Assembly: GCA_030324005.1 (NCBI GenBank)
Contig: JARDVH010000059.1
Span: 61,458,053 to 61,522,052 of the forward strand
Direction of reading: 5' to 3'
Source: Negaprion brevirostris
Lineage: Eukaryota
Length of the DNA: 64,000 bases
The translations under genes were made by a program, and so were the position numbers. Under the pieces are notes generated by a model. The model worked only from the letters and a program-made list of their open reading frames with translations. It was not told where the DNA came from and searched no databases. Shown here piece by piece: positions 50,915 through 63,220 of this stretch. The stretch's first letter is position 1. Each line of letters begins with the position of its first letter.

Positions 50915-51660
50915 TCCAATTTCCTCATGGGCGACTTTGCCAGGGTTTCCCTCGCAAAGCCACAACATTAGCATTCTACTTCAAGGCTTCCTCCCAAGTT
51001 AAGGAGGGCAGGCGGAATGATATGTTCATTTTGCCGAAGGAATGATTTTTACTTAAAGGCGCACAAAGCCTTTGTTTTTCCCTTGAAGTTTCAGTAACTA
51101 TAGGGACGGAGAAGGGTCACTGGAAGGCTGCCCTTCAGGCCTCACATTCTNNNNNNNNNNNNNNNNNNNNNNNNNNNNNNNNNNNNNNNNNNNNNNNNNN
51201 NNNNNNNNNNNNNNNNNNNNNNNNNNNNNNNNNNNNNNNNNNNNNNNNATGGGAAGTGCCCGAGGATGTCATCAGCAGAAATATGGTCCCTCCAACAGTG
51301 CACCAAGAAGTTCCAGGACTTCAGGAGGACAGGAGAGGTGAGTAGCTAAACACTTTCAGGTGCCAAGCCCCACACGCTGGCTTTTCCTGCATTCTCCTGC
51401 ACAGCACTCCTCAATACACCTTGTAGCTCGTTCCTCTCCTTTCAGCCACCTTACATCCCCTTTTGAACAACCGACGCTCATACTCACTCTTGTTCTATTG
51501 CCCCCTCACATCTATGCTTCACTGTGACTTGCAAATGGTGCTCTTGTCACAAGCCATTAGGAACATTCACACCTCCTTGCTTTCTTTCATTGCAGGAGAA
51601 GGGAGCACCTTACTTGTCAAAAGTCAGAGATCCAGGTGGGAAGAGTGTGGGTTACTCCAC
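50915..51660 (+). mobile_element. PIF/Harbinger-like relic with Myb/SANT-like exon-intron-exon remnant
   Basis: QQCTKKFQDFRRTGE|GTGAGT ... TTTCATTGCAG|GAGAAG (EK..). Resembles the QCxKKFxDL / EKxAHN motifs of Harbinger Myb/SANT proteins. Confidence 0.5.
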
Positions 51661-54049
51661 CAGTAACAAGCACCTTATTGGCCACTGACAATACATGCCC
51701 TCTTGGTCCACTGGTTGCCAGAATCCTGAGTTGCTTGAACCTTTTGTTGTTGGTGTTCTGCCTGTTGCTGTGCCTAGCACTGGGCTGCTCTCTGCCTGGT
51801 CCTTGGCAGCTGCACCAGAGCTAGCAGAAGCAATGGTGCATTTGATCTATCTTCTCTGCCTATGGTAAACTGTGAAGGAAAGGCAGGCAACACTTTAGTC
51901 ATCATAGTCTTTGAGATCCCCCACTTCTTGTCCTATGCATCAGTCACATCCTAATCTCCACCCACTCCACCGTGGTCAACTCCATCCTTAAGGTTCACTG
52001 CAGAGAAATCCTCTTGTTTTGACACAGCTATATCCTTGGAGATTCACATAGTGAACCTGCAACTGGAAGCCATCACCATGCAACTTCCCTCAATTACCAT
52101 TAACCTCCCCATCATCCTCCATCATCTGTCTTTCATCACTGACCTCCCCTCAGTAACCATTGACACACAGAACTTGAACATTGCTCTTTCCTATATAACC
52201 CTGATCACTCCACAATATGTTTCCTCCTTTTGNNNNNNNNNNNNNNNNNNNAGTTCAGCTTCTATCTTGTGTTTCCCACAAGACTTTGTAGAGTTGCCAC
52301 CTCTCTCCCTCCCTCATTCAGCCATATTCCATTCCCCATTGACTGCTGCCACCCCAATCTCAACCATCAATGGCTCTTCTCCAGGAGTTGAATGTAGTCC
52401 TATAGGGAGAAGAAGGCAGCTTCTATGCATTCTGAATCTACCAGGAGGATTGCCGCACCTACTCACACCACATTAAAGCTGTCATGAATCTGAAGGCACA
52501 TATCTCTCATTGATTACNNNNNNNNNNNNNNNNNNNNNNNNNNNNNNNNNNTGCATATATTTCACTTAATTCTGGTGATATTGCTTTTTAATGAGCATAC
52601 ATGACATGCAAATGTATTATAAAGAGGTACCTGACACTTGCCTCGACCAGCTGTCAATCCACCACCAACATAACATTGTAGTCTCGTCCTGCCGTCGGAA
52701 AGCTGACCTTTGACTTCCTGCACAATTACGTGCCCCCAACTACTGAGGCCATCACACGATTCCACCTATTATTTCTGTATGTGATGCAAGTGCCTTTTAC
52801 TTTGTTTAAATTGAAAATGAAATTTACAAAGAGGAGCTGATCTTACAAGCAAATGCTTTTTTTTTGCAGGAAATCTTTCCTACCTAGTGCATATATCAAG
52901 AGGTTGCAGATGTATTGTCCACAATTTTCCTTCCATTAATTTTAATAATTGGAAAACTGTCAAGAGTGCAATTATATACATTTGACTGCAAGGATTTCTT
53001 CATACAGGTTCAGTGGGTAAGGGAAATACTCATTAATTATTCTTTAAACTGTAAGAAGGTTTTGAGTAGCTATTCTTTCCAGACTTACCATCCCATCAAC
53101 TTATTAGAATTATGAGCTGTCCAGTTCCATCCAAATCCCCAGATGCCATAGTCTGAGTGTATACATTGTGCTGGAATCTCAAAATGCATCAATACTTTGC
53201 TCTCAGTGCAAAATCTTGAAGCCCAGCCTTTTCCAGACTGTAAGAATAATCGTGCAGTGGCTTTTCCAAGTTATTTTAAAACAAGCTGGAACGTAAACTC
53301 TGGAACATATTTGAGGTGAGCTTTGATAGAAAACTATTTTTCAGAAATCTCCTTTTTACTTCAGAGAGTCTTACTGTTACAGACAGACTGAAAGAGAGAA
53401 AGAGAGCCTGTGATTTTTTTTATGCTGAGGATTCAAAAATAGCCATTGTTCATGTAAATATTTATTTAACCAGATACAATAAAGTAAGAACTAATTATTT
53501 ATTTTTCCAAAGGTTTCAAGACAAGATGTGGCATGAATCTTAGAATATTTCTAAGTGAAGATTTGACAGGAAAACTGGCATGGAAACTGGAATGCCCTGC
53601 CGCAAAAAGGTAAGTATAAACACTTTTATTAATGTAAACGTTGAGCAGAAGTGATCATCCTGGCTTCAGATTAAAACTACATGCCAGCCACTGCCCTGTA
53701 CCCTTCCTCCCCTACCTAGCAACTCACTATGTTTCCCATGCTGGCATCAAATTTGGCCTCTTTAGGATAAGTGTGCTGCCTCTGTGACATAATTATTACC
53801 CCCAGCAAGTTGGTCATATTCTGAAAGCACAAAAGGACTAAGTCCACATGGTCACCTTGTACATCAGTTCTGGCATGACAAACATTGCAGTTACTCATTC
53901 AGGCTTTATATTCTGCAGCAGCGTAGACTTCCTGGAGAGTTGCTGGAGTATGTCAAGCAATATCATCTCAAAACAGCAAAGGTATTATTAAAGGCAAGAA
54001 TAAACTTGCAAGCTTGAAATTCCTTGAAAGTGATATATTTCCATCCAAA

Positions 54050-55117
54050 ACTAGGGTCCTTAATCTAAACAAAGGAAACCACAAAGGTACAAGGGCCAAG
54101 TTGACTGTGGTAGATTGGAGAACTACATTAAAATGTATGACAGTAGACAGGCAATGGCTAGCATTTACAGATTGTCTGGCACCACAAAACTCAATGGCCA
54201 TTTGTGCTGCTTGCTGGCTATGCTGCCAGGGAACCCACTGGCCAATGGCAACCCGCCTCCACTGCCTGAAGACCCACCACGGGGATGGAGGAGGGGTTGT
54301 CAATGTTTGCAATAAAATTAAATTCCTTTAAGATAAAAAAAATCCAGTAGTAAAAGTGATCCAGACATGACGAACAAGATAAGTTAAGGATGCTATCAGA
54401 TAAAGGAAAAGGCTGATAAATTTGCCAAAAAGAAGGTAAACCTAACGATTGGAGAATCTTAACATTCAACAAAACAGAACAAAGAAATTGATAAAGAAAG
54501 AGAAAATAAAACTTGCAGTTAAACTAGTGAGGAACATAAGAACTGTAAAATCTCCTATAGGTATGTAAAAAGTAAAAGGTTAGTGCAGACAAATGTGAAA
54601 GCATTATGGATGGAGAATGAAGAATTTATAACTGGTGATAAGGAAATGGCAGGGAAACTAAACAAATACTTTGGGCAGGATTTTCCATTCCTTCCCCCGG
54701 CAGGATCTTCCAGTCCCACCAAAGGCGGCCCTTGCAGCAGGTTCCTGGTGGCGGGACGGGTGAGCCAAACAAAATGTTATGAACGCTGCTGGGACCAGAA
54801 GATCCTGCCAGCAGCTAATGATGGGTCATCTCTACTGCTGGAAAAACAGTTGCAAGGAGATTAGAGAAAATTGCGCATTGCGATCGTCTTCATAGATAAA
54901 GATTCAAATAAACCTCCCTGAAATAACAAAAAACTAAAGGTCCAGTGAGATTGAGAATTTGAAAGAAATTTGTATTAGCAAAAGTGTAAGGCTAGAGAAA
55001 TTAATGAGACTGAAAGTCAATAAATTCCCTGGACCTGATGATCCACATGCCAAAGTGTTGAAAGAGGCGCCTGTAGAGAAAGTGGATACATTTACGGTCA
55101 TCTTTCAAAATTCTTAG
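54050..55117 (+). mobile_element. CR1 ORF2 central fragment interrupted by small insertions
   Basis: Encodes VLNLNKGNHKG..VDW, KEMAGKLNKYF and KFPGPDDPH. Insertions lie at ~54175-54300 and 54673-54876. Confidence 0.8.
54673..54876. mobile_element. ~205-bp MITE-like element inserted in CR1
   Basis: GGGCAGGATTTTCC ... GAAAATTGCGC with internal IR GCAGGATCTTCCAGTCCCA/TGGGACCAGAAGATCCTGC. It interrupts CR1 at AAATACTTT|..|ATTGCG. Confidence 0.75.
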
Positions 55118-55869
55118 ACGTGATTCTCCCAGCCTACTCCACTGCTCTAGCAGTACAGCGGGCCAGGAGACACCAGCAGACGCTGTATAGCGGTTTTCCA
55201 ACTGGGCGCTACAGCCTCCGACTGTCAATGGCTGCTGGATTTTCGGCATCATCAACTCCTTGCCAGAAATCGGCGCGGAGCTGAATAAATTATTTAAATT
55301 GCAATTTCCATCTCATTAGTGGGCCTGAGTCTGAAGTCTCCCCAAGGGGCAAAGTAGCAATGTCCAACGGCCACCTTGGCACTGCCCACTGGGCATTGGC
55401 AGTGCCAAGGGGGTGGGGCCAGAGGGAGCAGGGCCTCTTGGGNNNNNNNNNNNNNNNNNNNNNNNNNNNNNNNNNNNNNNNNNNNNNNNNNNNNNNNNNN
55501 NNNNNNNNNNNNNNNNNNNNNNNNNNNNNNNNNNNNNNNNNNNNNNNNNNNNNNNNNNNNNNNNNNNNNNNNNNNNNNNNNNNNNNNNNNNNNNNNNNNN
55601 NNNNNNNNNNNNNNNNNNNNNNNNNNNNNNNNNNNNNNNNNNNNNNNNNNNNNNNNNNNNNNNNNNNNNNNNNNNNNNNNNNNNNNNNNNNNNNNNNNNN
55701 NNNNNNNNNNNNNNNNNNNNNNNNNNNNNNNNNNNNNNNNNNNNNNNNNNNNNNNNNNNNNNNNNNNNNNNNNNNNNNNNNNNNNNNNNNNNNNNNNNNN
55801 NNNNNNNNNNNNNNNNNNNNNNNNNNNNNNNNNNNNNNNNNNNNNNNNNNNNNNNNNNNNNNNNNNNNN

Positions 55870-56180
55870 ATCATTCATATGTTCTGTGCTAAGCCTGTGT
55901 CAAGGTTTTTGTCCATGGGATTTATTTGGTTAGAATGATATTTAGCTGTTAATGTTCATACAATATCATGTTTTTTTTCTCTCTTGTTTGCTATTGGTTA
56001 ACATTATTACTAATTTTATTCCTAAATAAACTTAGATTGCTAAAAGCTCCCTATTGGGTTATTTGAATCATACCTGAAGTGAAACATCTCATGCTTGCGC
56101 TAGCCAAATTCAAATTGCAAAACCTATGATCCAGACAGACTTCATAAAACACATTGGAGTTTCTGACCTGAATTATAACA
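55870..56180 (+). mobile_element. LTR 3' part (rest in gap)
   Basis: Contains AATAAA and the terminus GTTTCTGACCTGAATTATAACA, similar to the end of the 59986-60658 LTR. Confidence 0.55.
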
Positions 56181-56399
56181 CTTCAATGCCTAAAGTTGCA
56201 GGGGGTAGTGGCGGGGCGGAAATGGGGCTGTATAAATGTTCTTGATAATCCCAGATGGCTTGCTGTGCTTTCAAACCAAAGCTACTTTGAAGGCCTACTC
56301 CCTCTGAGTCACTGTGTTCTGTCATAATAGTGTGTAGCTGTGAGGATTCTGCTCAATTCCATGGCAGGGCCCTGAGGGGTGAGTAGGTTAAGTGGAAGA

Positions 56400-56720
56400 G
56401 CAAACATTTGTGGCAAATGTGATGTGTATCAGTCAGCCTTGAGGCATTATATTAACCTTAGTCAATAAGGATATTGTGAGCAGCTGATGGTGCCAAGATG
56501 CTGTTATCTCCATGGTTGTGTTTGTGAAGCTTTTCCAGCCTTCACTTTGTAGATTGTGCTCATTACAATGTGAATGGGCAGCAGCTTTTTTTTCCTCTGG
56601 AAAGCCCATGATGGGCCATTCCTTCTAGTGTCAGGCAACCAGTTGGACAACTTTCACTGCTGGTGCCCACTTGACTGTTTATTGATGATTCCCCTGAGCA
56701 ACTGCAACACTTGCATCCAC
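56400..56720 (+). mobile_element. Highly degenerate Harbinger-like transposase remnant
   Basis: Scattered motifs CISQ and VDCAH (cf. IDCTH) in plausible order. Weak. Confidence 0.3.
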
Positions 56721-57929
56721 TTCCTGCCCCATGCCAGGAACACTTTATCGCCCTCTTAAACCCAACCCATTCACATAATCCACGCTGGATCCACCTTTAC
56801 AACTGCACACATTCAGGGTTCTGTGGCCCACTCCAATCCATCCCACCTCCACCACTACTCAGCGTGAAAATTCAGCCATTTGGGGAAATTTCTCCTGAGT
56901 TGGGTTTGAGGAATCGGGAAATTGATCCTGTGCACAAGACCTGGGAGCAAACATTCAGGCCAGAGTTAATGGCCTGGATTGATAGTCAGTTTGGACACCA
57001 AATTCTCTGACCTCACTGCAGCAGGAGTGTGGTGTGAACAGCTGGTAAGATCCCGACCAAAATGTTTGGCTCACTTATAATATTCTTCCCATCATGCAAA
57101 TGGTTGTCACCGTACCAACTTCCACAATCCTAAAAATAAAAGTAGTTGAAATATATAACAAACCTCCTAACATTTGGAAATATTAAAAATAGATGACTTC
57201 ATAGGCATACAATTTGAAACCCAAAGCTTCAGCCTCTATTTTTTCTTGCCCAATGCAAATAGATACATTGTGTATTTCCAGAATTGTCTATTTTTACTTG
57301 AGATTTTGAGAATTTATTGTCTTTTTTTCTTTTGATTCCATCATGAGTATTTGGCTTATATTTTTGGCAAATATGGCCAATGGAAAAGAAAAAATATAAA
57401 TTAATGATAGCTACTTGATAGAATGCAATAGCTACCCAACTATTATTCTTAAAACTTTCTTTACTTGTTTCTTCCAGTGCTAAATATTTTAAGAGAATAA
57501 AAAAAAACTAGACAGAAACCTGAAGGCCAGGTTTCACAGTACAGAAAACTAGCAAGGCTGAGTTGGGAAAGGAAAAATATAATGCTTGGCACCTTTTCAC
57601 TGCATCGGAGAGTGGGTGGAAAGAGGCCCCCAAGGCAGTAACCACCACCTAGAGGAACAGGTGAATCCAATTCCATCCAGTTCATAGTGTTCCATGTACC
57701 TGGGAGTCAGAAAGGTAGTGAACCATTCAGCTGCTCGGAGCAGGACTCTGTGGAGATGGAAAGGAGAGTGAGAAAAACAAATAGTATCATCGCAGGGAAA
57801 CCATAGGTTCACTGATTTGTGAGAAACTGCTGTTTGGGATTGTCTTTAAATTTCTGTAAATTGGAAGGGTGAATTATTTTTAAAGAAGTAGTTATATTTG
57901 GATTTAGATGAGAAACACCAAGAATAAGA

Positions 57930-58130
57930 TGTGTAGGTTAGGCTAAGTGGACATGCTAAATTGCCCCTTATTAAATTGTCCTGGGATACATAGGTTAAAG
58001 GGATTATTGGGTGAATATGTGGGGATATGGGGATGGGGCATGGGTGGGAGTGTGGTAGGTGCGGACTCGATGGGCTGAATGGCCTTTTTCTGCACTGTAG
58101 GCTTTCCATGATTTCTATGATTTCCATGAA
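57930..58130 (+). mobile_element. HE1-type V-SINE 3' half
   Basis: GGTTAGG..CATGCTAAATTGCCCC...GACTCGATGGGCTGAATGGCC..CTGCACTGTAG followed by (ATTTCTATG)n. Confidence 0.88.
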
Positions 58131-58199
58131 AGGAAATCAGGGCCAGTATAACAAAGTCATATAAGTAATCCAAAGTAAAATAAAGTTAACATAAGGGAA

Positions 58200-59200
58200 G
58201 TAAAGTTAGGACATGGCAAGACAGCCCTGTAAAGTGGTATGCATGTCCTGTACTATGTGGGAAGTCATGGACATTACTATATCATACATGACAATATGCA
58301 TAGGAAGTCCTGTCAATTGCAGAAACTTGAGCTCTGGATTTAGAGTGGTGGCTGGAATGACTGGCACTTCCATGAGGTTGAGTGCTACATAGATAGCACA
58401 TTCAGGGGGGTGGTCACACTGTAGCTTAGAAGCCTGGAAAAACATAGGGTGTGTGTAGTTACCAGACAGTTCAAGAGAACCAGGCAGATGGTTAAGGAGT
58501 CCCTAGGGCTCCATGCATAATTAGTTTTCTGTATTGGAAGTTGAGGGTGAGGTTGCTGGTTCCTCTGTGGACTGCAGTCAGATTTGTGGCACCACGATTG
58601 GCTCATCTGTACAGAAGGGGAGGAAGAAGAAAGAAAAATAATAGTGATTGGGATAGGAGATTCATTTGCTAGGGAATAGACAGGCATTTATGGAGTTATA
58701 GATATGAGTCCAAAATGGCATGTTGTCTCCCTGGTGTCAGGGTTAAGGATGTCACCGACTAGCTGCAGGGCATTCTTCAGAGGAAGGGTGAACAGCCTGA
58801 GGCCATGTTACCAATGACCTAAGTAGGAAGAGGGAGATGGTCCTCCAATCAGAACTTAGGGAGCTAGATAGAAAATTAGCTAGCAGGACTTTAAATGTAG
58901 GAATGTCTGGATAACTCCCTGTGCCACGTGCAAAGGAGCCCAGAATTAGTAGGATAGGGAGAACCGACTTCAACGGGGCAAGAGTAGTGCTGTGCTAGGT
59001 TGACCGGAACAAAAAGTTGGCAGGAACAACTGCAGCTGAAAAATGGGCTACATTCAAATAAAGAAAGGTCCATTCACGGTTGAGGTATATTCCCTCAAAG
59101 GGAAAGGCTAGGGTAAACAAACCCAGAGCTCCCTGGACAAAAAGTGACATAGAAATTAAGATAAAAAAGAAATGGTGTGCTTACGACAGATATCAGATAA
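58200..59200 (+). mobile_element. CR1 ORF1 (zinc-finger-like + SGNH esterase) relic with ORF2 fragment
   Basis: Contains VCMSCTMWEV, IGDSFAR, CCLPGVRVKDV and HV-TNDL (CR1 ORF1 motifs), then KPRAPWTKSDI (ORF2 tether-like). Confidence 0.75.
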
Positions 59201-59985
59201 ATAGTAAAGGGGTGGTAAAGGGGGGAATTGGGAATTCCCTAAAGGGAAGTTGCTCATGCCTGGGGCATTAAGAGAATACTTGCTTTGGAGGTGTGGTTGG
59301 GTGGATTTTGCAATGGTCTACCACTATGCAAAATATCTTCTTGGCAGTCAAACAAATCAATACCAGGGCATTCATAAGGTCTGGATGGGAATGTGGAGGG
59401 CTGGAGGGACTCTTTCTGTTTCTACCTGTGGATGGCACAGCTAGAGATTAGCTTGTGTGAATTCCCTGGCCACCATACAGACTGCTATCCCCACTCCAAG
59501 GTAATTGTAAATTTCAAAACTTGATTATACCAAGCTGCCCTTAATAGACCTTCTGGAGGCTGTCAAGGTGGAGAGCTGGTGATTTTTCACTTGCATCATA
59601 TGCCAGGAAGTCATGATGCTAAAGTGGTGCCACTCTTTGAAATATTGCCTCAAATCAGAATTGCCTTGGATGTGCTGTATCCATCTGCTGGACAGTACAT
59701 ATAAATCTGGATACACTCTTCATTTTGTCCTTGGGCCATATGATGTTCATGCAACGTCTACTCTATTGCTGCCAAGTATTTATAGTCAAGGTTGTAAAGA
59801 CTTCAACTTTTGCAATGAAGAATTTATCTTCCTGTATTGGGTAGGTGTTGGGCATCTGGACAATGTATCAGCCACAGTCTGATATTACCTTCTATGTACT
59901 CAGTAGTAGTGTTGTATCACATGAGTCAAAGTCGGAATCGCTAAATCCTAGGTAGCATCTTTGCAATATCCTTTGTGTTCAAAAT

Positions 59986-60658
59986 TGTTACGAAAGGTTT
60001 GTGATCACTCTTGATCTTAAACTACAGAAAGCAGGGAAATAACTCAATTTAGCAAGTAATGTGTTATTTTGTCAAGTTAATGCATCTTTTTTACTTGAGT
60101 TCTCCTGGGGTTTCAGACTAGGTTGACCAAGTCATGTGATATTAGGTTTCTAGGAGGAGCTGGGCTTGTAGCAGAAGAAAACAATTTCATTTTGAAAACA
60201 GTGTTTTTGCTGTAGAGGACTGGTTAAAGATAATAGCCTACAAGCACCTCTGTCTCTTTGAGAAATCTCTCTGGAAGTTCTAAAGCTGTTAATCCAAGTC
60301 AGAGCAAGTATATTTGGATTTGNNNNNNNNNNTATATTTTTAAAGTAAGGTTTAAATCTATATGGGAATTATTGCTTAATTGGAACTGAATAATAATAAG
60401 TTAGAAGTTAAGTGTTGTTTCTTTTCACGTTTAAAGATTGTTCAACAGTTAAGAGTTAAAATGTTTCATTTTGATAGAGGTACAGTTAAACTGTGTGATG
60501 AATAAAGATTGCTTTGATAAAAGGATCCCTAATTTGTCAGTGGAATCAACCCAAAGGCGAAGAATCTTTCCCTCACATTTATGTTAAAGTACAAATATTG
60601 CTGGAGTCTAGCCTGGCTTCATAATATACTTTGAGGTTTCTGATCTGGAACCCTAACA
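59986..60658 (+). mobile_element. Solo LTR nested in the Gypsy element
   Basis: TGTTA...TAACA termini with an internal AATAAA (60501). The end is similar to the 55870-56180 LTR. No clear TSD. Confidence 0.65.
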
Positions 60659-60829
60659 CAGCGTAGTACTGTTTGTCTCACGTTAATGACCTGGATGTGG
60701 TAAATGGGCCTTCTTTTGCCATCACTTTGGACCTGGAAACACATTGTTCCCAGTCTTGGAGCAGATGCAACAGCTGATTCAATGGTGGGAAGTTCTGGGT
60801 CATAGTGCACCAGGACATCTGAAGATGTT

Positions 60830-61605
60830 AAAGGAGAAAATGCTGGAAAATCTCAGCAGGCCTGGCAGCATCTGAAATGGGAGAAAAGAGCTGACGTTTC
60901 GAGTCCAGATGACCTTTTGTCAAAGCTAAACGGCATTGAAAGTGACAGATATTTACACTGCATGGTGAGGGAATGAAACAGGGGAAAGGCTGCTAATGGC
61001 AGTCCATAGAGAGAATAAAAGGTGTGAATGGCCANNNNNNNNNNNNNNNNNNNNNNNNNNNNNNNNNNNNNNNNNNNNNNNNNNNNNNNNNNNNNNNNNN
61101 NNNNNNNNNNNNNNNNNNNNNNNNNNNNNNNNNNNNNNNNNNNNNNNNNNNNNNNNNNNNNNNNNNNNNNNNNNNNNNNNNNNNNNNNNNNNNNNNNNNN
61201 NNNNNNNGAGAACAGTTAAAAATGAAATGAAATGAAAACAATGGGGTTGAGATGGGCCAGAGCTAACTATCTGAAGTTGTTGACTTCAATGTTGAGACCG
61301 GAAGGCTGTTAAGTGACTAGCTGGAAGACGAGGTGCTTTCCTTCAGTTCACTGGAACATTGCAGTAAGCCAAGGACAGACAAGTGGGCATGGGAGCAGGA
61401 TCATGTGTTAAAATGGCAAGCAGCCAGGAGATCAGGGTCCTGATTGCGCACAGACTGAAGATGCTCAGAAAAGTGATCACCTAGTCAACGTTTGGTCTCT
61501 CTGACGTAGAGAAGATCACATTGGGAGCAGTGAATGCAGTAGACCAAATTGGAAGAGGTACAAGTGAAACACTGCTTAACCTGGAATGAGTGTTTTGGAC
61601 CTTGG
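60830..61605 (-). mobile_element. Penelope-like element 3' end (GIY-YIG endonuclease + terminal repeat)
   Basis: Reverse frame reads FTCTSSNLVYCIHCSQCDLLYVRETKR.LGDHFSEH (GIY-YIG-type) and ends PSGLNIEVNNFR*. The terminal repeat carries a hammerhead-like motif. Confidence 0.85.
60889..60927 (-). ncRNA. Minimal hammerhead ribozyme-like motif (U3-A8 variant)
   Basis: RNA reads AGCU-UUGACAA-AAGGUC-AUCUG-GACUC-GAAA-C-GUC-AGCU: stem I AGCU/AGCU, core, stem II GGUC/GACU, GAAA and a GUC triplet. Confidence 0.6.
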
Positions 61606-63135
61606 AGATGTTACCATCGTTTGGATTTTTTTGAATGACTGCTGATGAAAGTCCATTCAGCACCATGCCTGATACTGTCGTAATATCTGTCTGAGGGATT
61701 CATTTATTCGAACTTAATGAGACAGGCATTTGCCTAGTTAGTTGACCACACTCAGAAAACCTTTGAGTTCCATTACATTTCTACACGGCAGGAATTTCTT
61801 TGTGGCCTTTGTTTTCTGTAGGTCTGCAGTAATTCCAGTCACTTGTATAATGTGCCTAGGAACTTTATCGTGAGAAAACTCAGGTTTATCATTGAGCATC
61901 AAGCCAGCCTCATGAAGAGTGACCAAAACTTCCTTGACCCACTTGTCATGTTCCTATTTTGTTGACCCTGGATCAAGATGTCATTGATGTGGCAGATATT
62001 GCTCTCAATGGCCTGTATTATATTGAACATTGTCATTTGGAATTTTTTAGGAACTGACACAATGTCAAATAGCAGATGATTAAAACAGTGTCCTCCCAAG
62101 GGCGCAATAAAAGTAGTTAAGAGTTTGGATTCCTGGTTTAATTGCAATTGCCAAAACTTGCTGTTGTTGTCAAGTTTGGTGAAGATGGTGCGTTTTGAGA
62201 GTTTGGCCAAGTTCTCATCCACCGATGCCATTGGATGTATTTCTCCTTCAATGGTCTTGCTAAGCTGTGTTACATCAATGCAGATTAGAATGGAGTCATT
62301 AAGCTTCAAGACTGGTACCATAGCATATTATCACCACCTCCTTAGAAGTTGCTTTCCTTGTTGTCAATGTCCTGAATTTCTTGAACAGAAGTTTTCTGAA
62401 GAGATTTCTCCTTTTGTTTGGTAAACAGAGATTTCCTGGAATGGCAGACTACTTTAAAATGGCCTAGCCTGCCACACCCATGGTACTGCACAGCTTGGAT
62501 GGACATTCTTACCATATATACACCTTCTTCCCACAACAACGGAGGCATTGGAACAAAGCAGCTAGGACATTTCAGGGCATTTGCTTGGTTGCTGCAGTGC
62601 TATACTTTCAGTTTTGCAATGCACAATTTGAACAACTTCATTAGGCTGTTCTTTGAAAATTTCCCTCACATCTCTGACAAGAGTTGTTGTGTCTCTGCTG
62701 TTCAGTCTGTTTGGGCCAACAGCCTGCATAGCTATGCTTAAATGTAAATCTTGCAGAGATTATAAAAGCTCAGGGACATTCTCAAGTAAAACGCCAATGC
62801 TTATTCTATCTCTAGGTTGGTCATCCTTTAATGTTCCATAATATTTATCTAGGCTGTACAATTCATTGATGAATGAGTCAATCTTTTCACCCTATTTTTA
62901 ACTGTCTCAATTGAATTTCACCCCCTCAATGACAATATTTTTACAAATGTGGAAGCAGGAGTCAAAAGCTACAATGACATCCTCGTAGGAGGTTGTCTCT
63001 TTGTTTACCTATCTGGCTATCATATCATTTGCTATGTTGCCAAAAGTGTATAGCAAAATGCACAACTTGATCTTTGTTCTCTTCACTTGCAAGATCTAAG
63101 GCATTGCGATAATGGGTAAAATGTGGGTTTATTAT

Positions 63136-63220
63136 CAAATAAATCGGTTGGACTAAAACCTGGTGTTGTCAGACTTTTTACTGTGTTTACCCCAGTCCAA
63201 CGCCAGCATACCCACATCAT
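63136..63220. mobile_element. Penelope-like terminal repeat fragment in Gypsy gag
   Basis: Reverse-complement homolog of 32516-32598. Confidence 0.55.
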
